Below, piece by piece: positions 37,890 through 49,359 of a stretch of DNA of 64,000 nt. Where the stretch lies: assembly GCA_024137785.1 (NCBI GenBank), contig JAHRHZ010000012.1, positions 68,234,101 through 68,298,100 of the forward strand, read 5' to 3'. The DNA is from Ginglymostoma cirratum (taxonomy: Eukaryota). A model generated the notes under the pieces. It did no database searches, was not told the origin of the DNA, and worked only from the letters and a program-made list of their open reading frames with translations. How positions within the stretch are numbered: the first letter of the stretch is position 1; the number at the start of each line of letters is the position of its first letter. Position numbers and translations under genes: made by a program.

Positions 37890-38251
37890 GAGATTGCAAT
37901 TGATGGTCTAGTGGCATTATTGATGAACTGTTAATTTAGAAAGCTTGATAATGTTCTGGGGACCCAGGTTCGAATCCCACCACAGCAGCTGGTGGAATTT
38001 GATTTCAACAAACGTTGGAATTATGAGTCTAATGATGACTCTGAATCCATTGTCGATTGTTGGAAATACCCATCTGGTTCACTAATATCCTTTAGGGGAG
38101 GAAACTTCCATCCTTACCTGGTCTGGCCTACAAATGACTCCAGACCCACGGCAATATGGTTGACTCTTAACTGCCCCTCTGAGCAGTTGGGGATGGGCAA
38201 TAAATGCCGCCTAGCTAGCAACTTCCTCATCTCCCGAAAGAATAAAAAAAA
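37890..38251 (+). mobile_element. tRNA-derived SINE (third family) inserted in a decayed plus-strand CR1 (about 37690-38790)
   Basis: A box tggtctagtgg, perfect B box ggttcgaatccc, core 'catctggttcactaat..ccttacctggtctggcctaca..gactccagacccac', A-rich tail. Confidence 0.88.
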
Positions 38252-38796
38252 TTGAACTAAAATGGAAAAGAAGGCCGTAGGGCGCAACAATCATGTAAAA
38301 TATAGAAATCATAAAGGGAGGTGAGGACAAGATTGGAAGAGCAAAAAGGGAATATGGCATGAGGCTAATAGAGGATAAAAAAGGAATTAGTAAGTACAGT
38401 TATAAAGTATAAAGCATAAAGGAAGAATTGGATGCAAAATTGCACTTGTGAAGGATAGCGGCGATATTTTATATGGATTTTTAAAAAAAAACGTAGTAGT
38501 GAAAGTGGAGGTGTACAAGAGGCCATTTGGAAAGATGGGTCAAGCTCAGTGCAGGAAAGGAATTGGTAGTTTAATAAACACATCTTGAGTTCAAGATTGA
38601 TACAGAAGGATGAAAAAGAAAGGATGGCGGTAGAGATCAAAGATAAAATGTCACAGATTTACAAAGAGTAAACATATTAGTGGGTTCAAAGACTGAATCT
38701 ATTTATTTTGTCTTAAGGAACAGAGAAAGGGCTGTTAAATCGCTAGATATTTATTCTAGATGCAAAATAGTGAGAAAGAAATAAACAAATGTTTGA

Positions 38797-39143
38797 AATA
38801 AAAACTGTGGATGCTGGAAACCTGAAACAAAAACAGAAATAGCCGGAGAAACTCTGCAGGTCTGGTAGCATCTGTGAAGAGAAAGCAACGTCAAAGGTTC
38901 AGACTAAATAAAAACCAAAAGAACTGCGGATGCTGTAAATTAGGAACAAAAGCAAAGTTGCTGGAAAAGTTCATCGGGTCTGGCAGCATCTGTGAAGGAG
39001 AAAACAGAGTTAACGTTTCGGGTCTGGTGACCCTTCCTCAGAACTTATGGTGGCTGGGAAAACGTCAGTTTATATGCAGAAAATAGTGTGGTGGGTGGGG
39101 TAGGAAGTAAACGATAGGACAGAGCCCAAAGAGAGAGAACGAC
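38797..39143 (-). mobile_element. Two adjacent Penelope-like family B units (older 38797-38900; younger 38905-39143)
   Basis: Both match the 50411-50539 sequence; the younger copy extends about 100 bp upstream of the hammerhead. Confidence 0.85.
39008..39045 (-). ncRNA. Minimal type I hammerhead ribozyme motif (PLE family B), intact
   Basis: Reverse strand: agtt CTGAGGA A GGGTC ACCA GACCC GAAA CGTT aact. Perfect 4-bp stem I, 5-bp stem II with tetraloop, palindromic stem III, GUU triplet. Confidence 0.82.
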
Positions 39144-39271
39144 AAAGAAATACATGAAATACAAATCCAAAAAACATAAAAGGGCCTTTATGGCTGAATA
39201 TTATCTAAAACCCTGCCCTTTTGTGATAAAACTTCCTAATCTTACATTAATTGCGCGATCAATTTTGACAA

Positions 39272-39899
39272 TGTTGTCGCTCTAAGAGGTGTATTTTATC
39301 ATGGTTTTCTTTTGGAGAGAGGCTTTGAGCCATTGGGGTTGAGCAATCTGTTTCAAGCCAATAAAATATGCTGCCTATGAGGCCTTGGGGTTTTTTTGAA
39401 TGTTGGAACAATAGAAGCAGCATGAATGGGTGGCATCAGGCTCCCACAGAACCAGGGTTTTAGTTTAGTTTTCAGCAGTTGTTGAGGTTTTGAAGTTGCT
39501 TGTGGAAGCTGCCATACCTCTCTTTCTAACAGAATTTTCTCTTGATGGTTTTTTGCTCCTGAACTGGGGAAGCATTGTATGTGAGACACCGCATTTTACT
39601 GAATTTGCCATAGCCAATTGTGTGTTTGTGGGATGTTACTACATTGGAGCACTTGCTGTTTAGTGGTTAATTAATCTATTATTCTGTTAAGTTGTGCAGT
39701 AGAGTTAAGTTATACCATTTCTTTCCTTTGTTTGTATTTTAACTATGGGGTAAGCGTGTTTTGTTTGAAGCCAAGTACTGTAACTGATCAAATTGCATCT
39801 GGAACACAGTACCTTACATATGCCCTCAATTAAGATAAATCTTAGGGTCTAGACTATCTCCTTGATATATTTGAATGGAGTTTGGTCTGGTCAATAACA
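39272..39899 (+). mobile_element. Probable solo LTR
   Basis: TGTTG...TAACA termini, non-coding, 'caa' on both flanks (TSD ambiguous). Confidence 0.55.
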
Positions 39900-41667
39900 C
39901 AATCACAACATTAAGCCTGTGTCACAGCTCTTTTCTAAACGACTGACTATCAGACTAGGACCAAGTACAAACCATGTAGTTGAACTTGGCCAGGTTGTAT
40001 ATTCGGTTCTATTGAAGTTGGCAAAGGTTGGTCTTGCAAGTGGTTGTCATCTCTCCCCAGATGGTTGGAGCTCTGCTACTGGGCCAGGTCGAGTATTTAC
40101 TGAGGGAACGACCATCAGATGTCCCTTCCTATCCCTCCCTGCTGTAACCTTCCAGAATGTTCTCTGGCCATCAGCCAATTGATTTGTAAGGTCAAGGCCA
40201 TGGTATCCAATGGGACCCCCGATGTCATGTACAGATGACACTGTCAGTGCCCATCCTCTGATGTGTCAAGGACACCTTCCCTACTCCACACATGATCATG
40301 GTAGCAACTCAGAGCATCAGTGAGTCTGTTCATCATACTCCAATACACAAACCAGTCTAATTTTCCAGGGAAGGTTCGGGCTTGTCCTTGCCTGTCTTTG
40401 TCTTGTGCAGATGCTTTGTGCTTGACTTGTCCTGAGCTTTCCTACTCTAAGAGTATTCGCTGCTCTAAGAGTACTTATTTTAGTTCCAGACATAGACATT
40501 CAGGCTCTGGGCTATCTGGCTACACAAGGAAGCTACTTAAAAGGTGTCTGCAGTTTTAAAACAAGTTACAGGAGCACATTTTGAGTTGTATGTATAATGT
40601 TGTTCTAACAGTGAAGGAAAATTCCAGACAATCAACACTAGTTATTGCAGGATCTGGCGATCTCAGCATGGCAACAATCTCCTGATGGCTTCCTTGGTAG
40701 GTGACTACAGTCTTGTGCATGGACATTGCAGCAGGAACATTGAACCTGTGAAGAGAAAGCATCCATCTCTCTTTCTGTCTCTCATCTCTGTGTGTAGAGG
40801 TGAAAGGAAGTCCTTAGCAGCTAACTGTTATCCCTCACTCTTCCTCTGTAAGCTGCTGTCTCTGTAAATCCCCTGTTGAAAGGAGAAAGGGAAATCCACC
40901 TTCAGAGATACTGAAAACATGAATTCTCGACCATTGACTGAAAGCTAAGAATTGAAATACCTACAATCTCGTGTCATCAGTAACGAGTTGTAAAGAATCG
41001 AAAGATATGAAAAGGAACTTAAAGAAAACAGTTCGTTGATGCCTGTGTTCAAAACTGGTGCTGTTGAAATGTGTTTCCCTATTTTCTATCCACCCATAAC
41101 GTTCATGTCTTGCCTTATGTCTATGTGCCTGTTAGTGTAAGAATAGGGAATTTTAAAAACAGATAGAGTGTAAACACAGAGTTGATTGGCAATACATTTT
41201 GTCTACACTTTGCTTTGGGTTAAGAACAGCTTGATTGCGATAAATAATTATTTTCTTCTGAATGGAAAAAAAAATGATTTGCATATTCTTTTAACCTGAA
41301 TTATACAGTTAAGTGGAATTAGGGCTATTCACAACTGAGGCAGCCCTGGGGATAGTGGGGCTTGGCTTCCAGTGCGCTACCCCAGTGAGATGTGATACCT
41401 GACAGATTTTAGGTCACAAATGTTGCCATCTCTGATTGGCTGGCTGGCTGGCAGCTACTGTGACCCAGGAAATCATTGTTGAGGCCTATGATTTGCAGTG
41501 AAGCTTGCCCATGCTCGCTTATCAGTTCTTAATGGACTTAATGAGCTGATTGATGGGTGATTGAATTAGCTTTCTGAACAATGAATGTAACATGGCTGTC
41601 ATCACCTAATTTGCTCACCTCCACCCAGCCTACTTCAATTGAATGAAAAAAAAGGAAAATTCTCTCC

Positions 41668-42122
41668 ATAAGAAGTGGGAACAGGAGTAGGCCATTTGGC
41701 CTCTTGAGCCTGCCCCAACATTTAATAGGATCATGGCTGATTCGACATTCCTCATGTCCACTCTCCTGTCCCTTTCCCATAACCCTTGATTTCCCCAAAT
41801 GTTCCAGAATTTATCTCTCTCAGCCTTAAATATACATAAGCCACACAGCTCTCTGATAAGGAATTCCAAAGATTTTAAATCCTCTGAGAGAAGAAATTTT
41901 TCCTCATCTCAGTATTAAATTGGTACCCTTTATTCTGAGACTATGCCCTTTGCTTCTGGGCTGTCCTGTGAGGAGCACCATCCTGTCAGCATTTACCCCT
42001 GTCCAATCCCTTAAGTCCATCCAGTTCTATATATTTCAATAAGATCACCTCTCATCCTTCTAAACTTCAGTGGGTAGAGTTAAACCTGTTTAGCCTTTTC
42101 TTGTGAAATAATCCCTCCATAC
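41668..42122 (-). mobile_element. CR1 3' fragment
   Basis: Tail cataagaagtgggaacaggagtaggccatt; ORF 41630-41869(-) IFKAERDKF. Confidence 0.85.
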
Positions 42123-42124
42123 TG

Positions 42125-43240
42125 ATCAGTTAGAGTCAGCCTGGATTTGCGCAAAAGAGAGGTCATGCCTGGCAATTTTTTGAAGAGTATACTGAAAACA
42201 ATGGGCAGGTACTGTTGAACCATATTTATTCATCTAGATTCGCAGAAACACTGTTGAGTAAAGTCATTCACAAAAGACCACTAGCCAATATTGAAGCTCA
42301 TGCAATTGAACACAAATTATTGATCTGGTTAGGAATTTGGTTGAGCAGAAGGAGACAAAGGGCAAGGGTAATGGGCAGGTCTTGTAATTTCCAGGATGCA
42401 GCAATGATCCATGTTGGGGCCTCAACTACTTCAAGTCTTAATTATGAGATTGAAAGTCACATGTAGATGTGCTGATGACACAAAAATTGGAGCTATTGGA
42501 AAGACTGTTGATAAAACTAGAAAGAGATATTGATAGGTCAAAAGAATGGGCAAAACTGCGGAAAAAAAACGTTTAAAAGTAGAAAAATGTGAGATTATCC
42601 ACTTTGAGCGTAAAAAGGAAGAAACAAGAAGGTAAAAAGGAAGGTAACAATGTAAGTCCAAAGTGAGTTGGAGTTGCAAATTCATATTTCATTAACATAT
42701 CAAATTAAGTGGAGAAAATAATTGAAAATGTTTTTGGAAAATTTTGGACTTTATAACAAGAGAAATAAAATACAAGGGATTATAGGAACCATACTGAAGC
42801 TACGTGAAGAGCTAGTTAGTGCACACGTTGAGGGATTGAGAGCCGTTCTATGCACCACACCTCAGGATCTATTACTGTTTGGAGAAAATGCACCATAGGT
42901 TCACTATAATAATACCTGGATTCCAAGAACTGAGCGACGAGAAGTTATTGAATAGGGGAACTATTTGAGTAAGTTAGGACTCTAATGCATGAGTCAAAAG
43001 TTCACTTGCAGGATGAAATAAGGAAACAGTTCAACACAAAGGGTGATCAAAATTTGGAACACTTCTAGAAACAACAATTGTTGTTAGTTCACCTCTTAAT
43101 TTTAAAACATAAAAGAATAGATTTCTGTTAGCCAAAAATATTAATGAAAGTGGGCAGAAGGTGAGTATATGGAATTAATGGCTGATCTCAGCAAACAGTG
43201 GAAAAGGCTAAAAATTCTCATGGAATATTCTTAATCCAAT
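42125..43240 (+). mobile_element. Old CR1 RT-to-3' remnant
   Basis: ANIEAHAIEHKLLIWLGIWLSRRRQR; CADDTKIG; KCEIIHF. Confidence 0.75.
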
Positions 43241-43254
43241 GTTCCCAATACAGA

Positions 43255-43666
43255 TCAAAGACTGAAAGACCTGCAGATGCTGGGAATCAGAAACAAAAAC
43301 AGAAATTGTTGGAAAAACTTAGCAGATCTGGCAGTATATGTGGAGAGAAAGCCAAATTAACATTTTATGCCCAGTGACCCTTCTTCAGAGATAACAAGGT
43401 GTAGAGCTGGATGAACACAGCAGGCCAAGCAGCATCAGACGAGCAGGAAGGCTGACATTTCGGGCCTAGACCCTTCTTCAGAAAAGGGGCTGAAGAAGGG
43501 TCTCGGCTCGATAAGTCAGCCTTCCTGCTCCTCTGATGCTTCTTGGCCTGCTGTGTTCACCCAGCTCTACACCTTGTTATCTCAGATTCTCCAGCATCTG
43601 CAGTTCCTGCTATCTCTGACCCTTCTTCAGTACCGTTCTGCTGAATATTCCCAGCAATTTCTGTTT
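43255..43666 (-). mobile_element. Penelope-like family B element (outer, partly palindromic)
   Basis: 43255-43388 matches family B on the minus strand; 43638-43666 is the inverted arm. 15-bp TSD tgttcccaata(c/t)aga at 43240-43254 and 43667-43681. Confidence 0.85.
43389..43616. mobile_element. Palindromic Penelope-like family A element (inner) with two hammerhead copies
   Basis: 94-bp inverted arms 43388-43481 and 43490-43583, 33-bp tail, perfect 14-bp TSD tgacccttcttcag at 43375-43388 and 43617-43630. Confidence 0.92.
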
Positions 43667-44038
43667 TGTTCCCAATATAGAGCTCACCATATCAAAGTCT
43701 TGTATGAACCCCAACCAGACAGGATATAGAGGTTCAGATATTGCAGTCAATGGCAAAGCAGTGGGATTTGTAGCTGACCTTGAGAAAAGTACCCACAAAA
43801 AAAATCCCTGAAGTGTGGATTTCATCTTGCTGAACATTTACCCAACTGGTACCAGTTAAGGGGATCTCCCAGTGACTACTGTCATCATCCAAGATAAGCC
43901 AACAAGTCACACTGAAAAATTCTCAGACAGCAAAGCAGGAAGTAAAATTTACTGACTAGTTTTAACTTAATAAATGTTAGAGAAAGAAAAATTGATAGGG
44001 GGCAATCTATACATTAGACTTTAAATTATCATAAACAT

Positions 44039-44362
44039 GGAATGGCACAGTGCCACAGTGACTAACACTGCTGCCTCACAGTGCCAGGGTGACTGTGTGG
44101 AATTTGCATATCCCGTGTCTGCGTGGGTTTCCTCCAGGTGCTCTGGTTTCCTCCCACATATTTCAAATGTGCAGGTTTGGTGGTTTGGCCACGCTAAATT
44201 GTAGTGTCCAGGGATGTGCAAGCTAGGTGAGTTAGCCATGAGAAATGTGGGGTTACGTGGATAGGGTGGGGGCCTGGGTCTGGGCAGATGTTCTTTGGAG
44301 GGTTGGTGTGGACTCGATGGGGCTGAATGTCGTCTTTCCGCACTGTGGGAATTCTATGATTC
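44039..44362 (+). mobile_element. HE1-type V-SINE (B box deleted)
   Basis: V-domain and tail present; sequence jumps from gccaggg to tgactgtgtgg. Confidence 0.88.
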
Positions 44363-44469
44363 CAAGGTCAAAATATTAAAATATTGATGCTTTAATAGAA
44401 TGGAAAAACCTGAAATCACACAAATATAAAATTAGGCTTCCAGGGCCAGAGGTGGTTGTTCAACAGCAG

Positions 44470-44790
44470 TTATGAAAATATACAAATTGGGAAACATCGA
44501 CCCATGAGCCTGCTCCACCATTTAATAAGATTATGGCTGATTTGTTTGTGTTTCAAATTCCACATTCTGATCTAACCTCAATAATATTTGATTCCCTTGT
44601 TGACCAAAATCTATTGACTTCTGTCTTAAAAATATTCAATGGCCTCACCTCCTGAGATAGAACCTTCCAGAAGTGTCATCACTGCCCTAAAAGGACTACC
44701 CCTAATCTCTGCACAGTGCCCCCTAGTTCTGGATCCAGCTACAAGAGTAAATATCATTTCCAAATTCACCTTGTCAACACCATTTGGGGA
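44470..44790 (-). mobile_element. CR1 3' fragment
   Basis: 'gagcctgctccaccatttaataagattatggctgat' and 'gtgccccctagttctgga' are CR1 3' signatures. Confidence 0.7.
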
Positions 44791-45124
44791 CTTATGGCTA
44801 TTTAGTCAATTTGTTCAGACCTGTTATGACACCTGCAGGGTACACAAACTTGGATATTTTGGTCTACAGGTAGGAACACTACCATTGCTTCACAGGATCC
44901 TTTCAAGATTTTATAGATCTATGATATGGATGTGACATTCGTGATAAATTATGGCAATTAAATGTAGTATCAAATGAAAAGAAAAAGCTATGAGACTGTA
45001 TTGGTCTGTAATATAAAAGAAGATTGGACAGACTATGAAAATCAGTAAAGTACAAATAAAAAAAATCTAGGTAAAAATTAGAGACTAAGAGAAATTTGCT
45101 GGAAGTATTAAAAAAAAGTTTCTC

Positions 45125-45420
45125 TGAGACTAGTGGTCATATTTTTAAGGTGGGAAGAGAGAGATTTGATAAAAGATGTAGCAGCAAATTTTTTATACAG
45201 AGGGCATTTCGCCTGTGGAATGAACTTCCTGAGGAAGCAGTGAATGCAGGCACAGTTACAATATCTGAAAGTCACTTAGGTAAGTACATGAGTAGGAAAG
45301 GTTTGGAGGGATATGGGCCATGAGCAGGCAGACAGGATTAGTTTAGTTTGGGATTATGTTCGGCATGGACTGGTTTGACTGAAGGGTCTGTTTCTGAGCT
45401 GTATTTCTCTATGACTCTGA
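45125..45420 (+). mobile_element. CR1 3' end
   Basis: ETSGHIFKVGRERF..LWNELPEEAV; closely similar to 29665-29959. Confidence 0.9.
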
Positions 45421-45459
45421 GTGTTTAAAAATAAAAACTGTGTTAGTTCCTCACAATGT

Positions 45460-47652
45460 GAGTTTGTAGAATTAATACTGAGAAACAAGGAAATGCAGGA
45501 AATATTTTGCAAGTATTTTGTATTTGTCTTCAAAAAACAAATGAAGAATACATGAAAATTAAGAGGTCAAAGAGAGGGAGGAACTTACAACAATTAGTAA
45601 CTGGTGACAAATGTGCCCGGGAATCAAATAGAACCGAACGGGTTTCATCCTAGGGTTTTACAAGAAGTGACAGCACAGACAATGGATCTGATGTTCTAAA
45701 ACTTCCTAAATTCTAGAAGCATCATAGCAGAGGAAAAATCAGTAATCTAATACCTCTCTTCAAAAAAGGAGGTAAAGGCAAAGAGAAAGCACAACATTAT
45801 AGGCCAGGTGTACAAAATCTGTCGTGGATAAATGTGCTAGAATCCATTACCATGGGGGTAAAAGCAGGGCATTTAGAAAATCATGACACAATCAATTAGT
45901 GTCAACATGTTCTAATGAAAGGAAAATCATGTTTGACAAATTTATTGGAATTCTTTGAGGAAACAATAAGCCAAGTGGATAAAAAGAGACCTGTAGGTGT
46001 TGTACTTCGATTCCCAAAAGCTTATGACTCCATTAAAGGTTGCAACACAAATTTAATGCTCATGGTGTGGGGAAAACATACTAATATTGTTATGATCCCA
46101 GTTGATGGTGCATACAGGCAAGTCATTTCCCATTGTGAGACTTGTCTATGTGAACCACAAGATTTATTTTTCCTTTTGTTTACCATGGGGGGTCAGTCTT
46201 GGAACATGCCTTGCGCTGATTGTTTTTGGACACTGTTGTGAACAGCACCTCTGCTGTTACGCACTTCCTCATTTTGAATGAACCTGCTGCTGGCTCCCTC
46301 TCCCTGGGTTATAAAATCAGGCCAGCAATCTTAGCAATTAACTCTGCAGGAGCCAATTGGTCATACAGTTATAATAACATGATTTCTTGGAAATGCTGTT
46401 TCAATGCTCAAAATGACTGACTGACTATCAAAATAAAATCAGACCTTCACAGAATTAAAAATTAATTCCACTTCAGAATCAAGCTTCCCAACTACAATAC
46501 AATATTACAAACCTTCATCGCAGTGTGTATAAGGTACTGGTTAGCTCACATAAAGCAGAAAGTGTGGATAATATTAAATTTGGCAAGCTATAACTTGTGG
46601 AGTATTTATAATCTAAATCAAAGACTTCGACAAGGAGGCCAAATGTATGGTTGCTAAATTTGTTGATGACACCATCAAAGGTAGTAAAGTAGGTTGTCAA
46701 GAAGACATAAAGAGTCTACAAAGGGATTTAGATATGTTAAGTGAGTCTGCAAAAAATTGGCAGATGGAGTATAATGTGAGAAAATATGAACTTGCCCAAT
46801 TTGGAAGGAAGAATAGCAAAGCAGTATGTGGTTTAAATGGATGGAGACTGCAGAACTCTGCCATCCTAAGGGATCTGGATGTTCTGGTGTATAAATCACA
46901 AAGAGCTGATATATAGTATAGCAAGTGATCAGGAAGGCAAATGGAATGTTCGGCATACTTCAGGCTGAAGCAAGTATAAACATTGAGAAATGTTACTACA
47001 GTTGTATGGGCCTTAGTTAGAACATATTTGGAATACTATGTACAGTTTTAGTCTCCTCAGGAAAGGAAATAATTGAATTAGAAGCATTTCGAGAAAGTTC
47101 ACAGCATTGATTTATGGGTGGAATGATCACCTTATGAGGAAAGATTAAGTAAAGTTGAACGTTTACCTGTTGAAGTTTGGAAGAATGAGAGTAGATCTTA
47201 TTGAAATACATGAGATCATTAAACATGATCTAACTAAGGCCATGTACAGCTGTAGTAACATTTCTCAATGTTTATATTTGCTTCTGTCCGAAATAAACCC
47301 TAACATGGAAGCTGAAAGAATGTTTCCCCTTGTATGGTGGTCTAGAACTAGGGGACATAGTATTAAAATTGGAGATCTCCTATTTAAGAGATGAAGAGAA
47401 ATTCTTTTCTCTCAAAAGTTTGTTAGTCTGTGAAATTCTCTTCCTCAGAGGGCAGTGGAGGATGGATAACTGAATATACTCAAAGCTCAGTTGCATAGTT
47501 TTTTTTATAAACAATGAGTCAATGGTTATGGGGTAAAGACGGGAAAATTTATGCCACAATGTCGGATCAGCGATGATCTTATTGAATGGTGGAACAAACC
47601 TGATTGGCCAAATCATGACAATCTTACTTTTAATTCTCGTGTTCCTGTATAG
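45460..47652 (+). mobile_element. CR1 RT-to-3' remnant interrupted by a solo LTR
   Basis: MKGKSCLTNLLEFFEE (45915-), VAKFVDDT..LQRDLD..WQMEYN (46647-), SRTRGHS (47341-). Confidence 0.88.
46088..46501. mobile_element. Solo LTR
   Basis: TGTTA...ATACA with 4-bp TSD ATAT (46084-46087, 46502-46505), interrupting the CR1 RT. Confidence 0.65.
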
Positions 47653-48296
47653 CAATGGAATCTGAGAAAGTAATCTGTTCAGCCATACCCTCCAATGGAA
47701 AAAACAAGTGAAGATTTAAAGAGACCTCATGGCTGTTAGCACTCTATCAGACTTCATGGCAGCCATTACTGCCCCAGAGCTTGAAATCCTACAATCTTGT
47801 CTTGCGATGCCCAGTTTCGAAAGCCCTATGCCAGAGACCGTTTTTAATAGTGAATTAAGTTTCATTTCAAGAATGATTGGTTAACAAGGGATAAGAAAAA
47901 CTGATAAGTTAAAGACAAATCTCTTCTAAGTTCTTTGAAGAAATAACAGAAAACTGAAGCTGGAGTAGTAGACATTTTAGATATAAATTGCTGAAAGTCA
48001 TTTGATTAACTAACCAAATAGACCTGTTCAGAAAAAAAAATGCATTGTATTAAAGGGACAGGAGCTAAGGAATTGATGACAGACTGTGGTGAATGGACTT
48101 TTATTCGGTTGGAGACAAATATATAATGGAATCCCAGGATCAGTACTAGGATGATTACTTTTTCTTGTAAGATATAAATAACTTAGACTTGGGTTTAGAG
48201 GGTATGGTTTTGATTTTTTAGGAAGATACAACTTTTGCAAATATCCAGTTGTAGTAGATATTGAGCAACATAAGAGCGGACTTCAGGAGGGAGTTT

Positions 48297-48609
48297 GGGG
48301 TGGCATGGTGGTTCAATGGTTAGCACTGCTGTCTCACTGTGCAAGGGACATGGGTTTCAGGAAACTGTCTGTGTGGAGTTCGCGTATTCTCCCTGTGTCT
48401 GCATGGGTTTCCTCCCACAGTCCAAAGATGTGCTGGTTGGGTGGATTGGTCATAGTGTCCAGGGGGGTGCAGGCTAGGTGGATTAGCAATAGAAAATGTA
48501 GAGTTACAAGGGTAGGGTAGGGGCCTGGGTCTTGGTGGGGTGCTCTTCAGAGGGTTGGCGGAGACTTGATAGGCCAAATGGCCTTCTTCCACATTGTAAG
48601 GATTCTATA
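48297..48609 (+). mobile_element. HE1-type V-SINE inside an old CR1 (about 47880-49950)
   Basis: A box, V-domain, tail gattctata. Confidence 0.88.
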
Positions 48610-48631
48610 AACAGACTAAAGAAGTATTCAA

Positions 48632-49359
48632 GATAACAAGCATGGGGCTGGATGAACACAGCAGGTCAAGCAGCACTCCCAGTCGCCAACCATTTCAACT
48701 CCCCCTCCCATTCCTCAGATGACATGTCCATCCTTGGCCTCCTGCAATGCCACAGTGATGCCACCCGAAGGCTGCAGGAACAGCAAATCATATTCAGCCT
48801 GGGAACCCTGCAGCCCAATGGCATCAATGTGGATTTCACAAGCTTCAAAATCTCCCCTCCCCCAACCGCATCCCAAAACCAGCCCAGCTCATCTCCACCT
48901 CCCTAACCTGTTTNNNNNNNNNNNNNNNNNNNNNNNNNNNNNNNNNNNNNNNNNNNNNNNNNNNNNNNNNNNNNNNNNNNNNNNNNNNNNNNNNNNNNNN
49001 NNNNNNNNNNNNNNNNNNNNNNNNNNNNNNNNNNNNNNNNNNNNNNNNNNNNNNNNNNNNNNNNNNNNNNNNNNNNNNNNNNNNNNNNNNNNNNNNNNNN
49101 NNNNNNNNNNNNNNNNNNNNNNNNNNNNNNNNNNNNNNNNNNNNNNNNNNNNNNNNNNNNNNNNNNNNNNNNNNNNNNNNNNNNNNNNNNNNNNNNNNNN
49201 NNNNNNNNNNNNNNNNNNNNNNNNNNNNNNNNNNNNNNNNNNNNNNNNNNNNNNNNNNNNNNNNNNNNNNNNNNNNNNNNNNNNNNNNNNNNNNNNNNNN
49301 NNNNNNNNNNNNNCTTGTTATCTCGGATTCTCCAGCATCTGCAGTACCTTTTATCTTTG
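48632..49359 (+). mobile_element. Penelope-like family A element: inverted short arm, GIY-YIG C-terminus, pLTR and tail (spans the gap)
   Basis: ORF 48652-48906 LPVANHFNSPSH..RRLQEQQIIFSLGTLQPNGINVDF. Perfect 14-bp TSD aaagaagtattcaa at 48618-48631 and 49360-49373. Confidence 0.92.
48914..49313. other. Assembly gap (400 N)
   Basis: Run of n characters. Confidence 1.

Noticed and set aside
37900-37985. tRNA genes at A/B-box sites (here and in the V-SINEs)
   Set aside because: No cloverleaf; boxes are followed by SINE bodies and tails.
40500-41400. Possible additional LTRs here and at about 22790-23400 and 58490-58855
   Set aside because: LTR-like composition but no TG..CA termini with a TSD could be confirmed.
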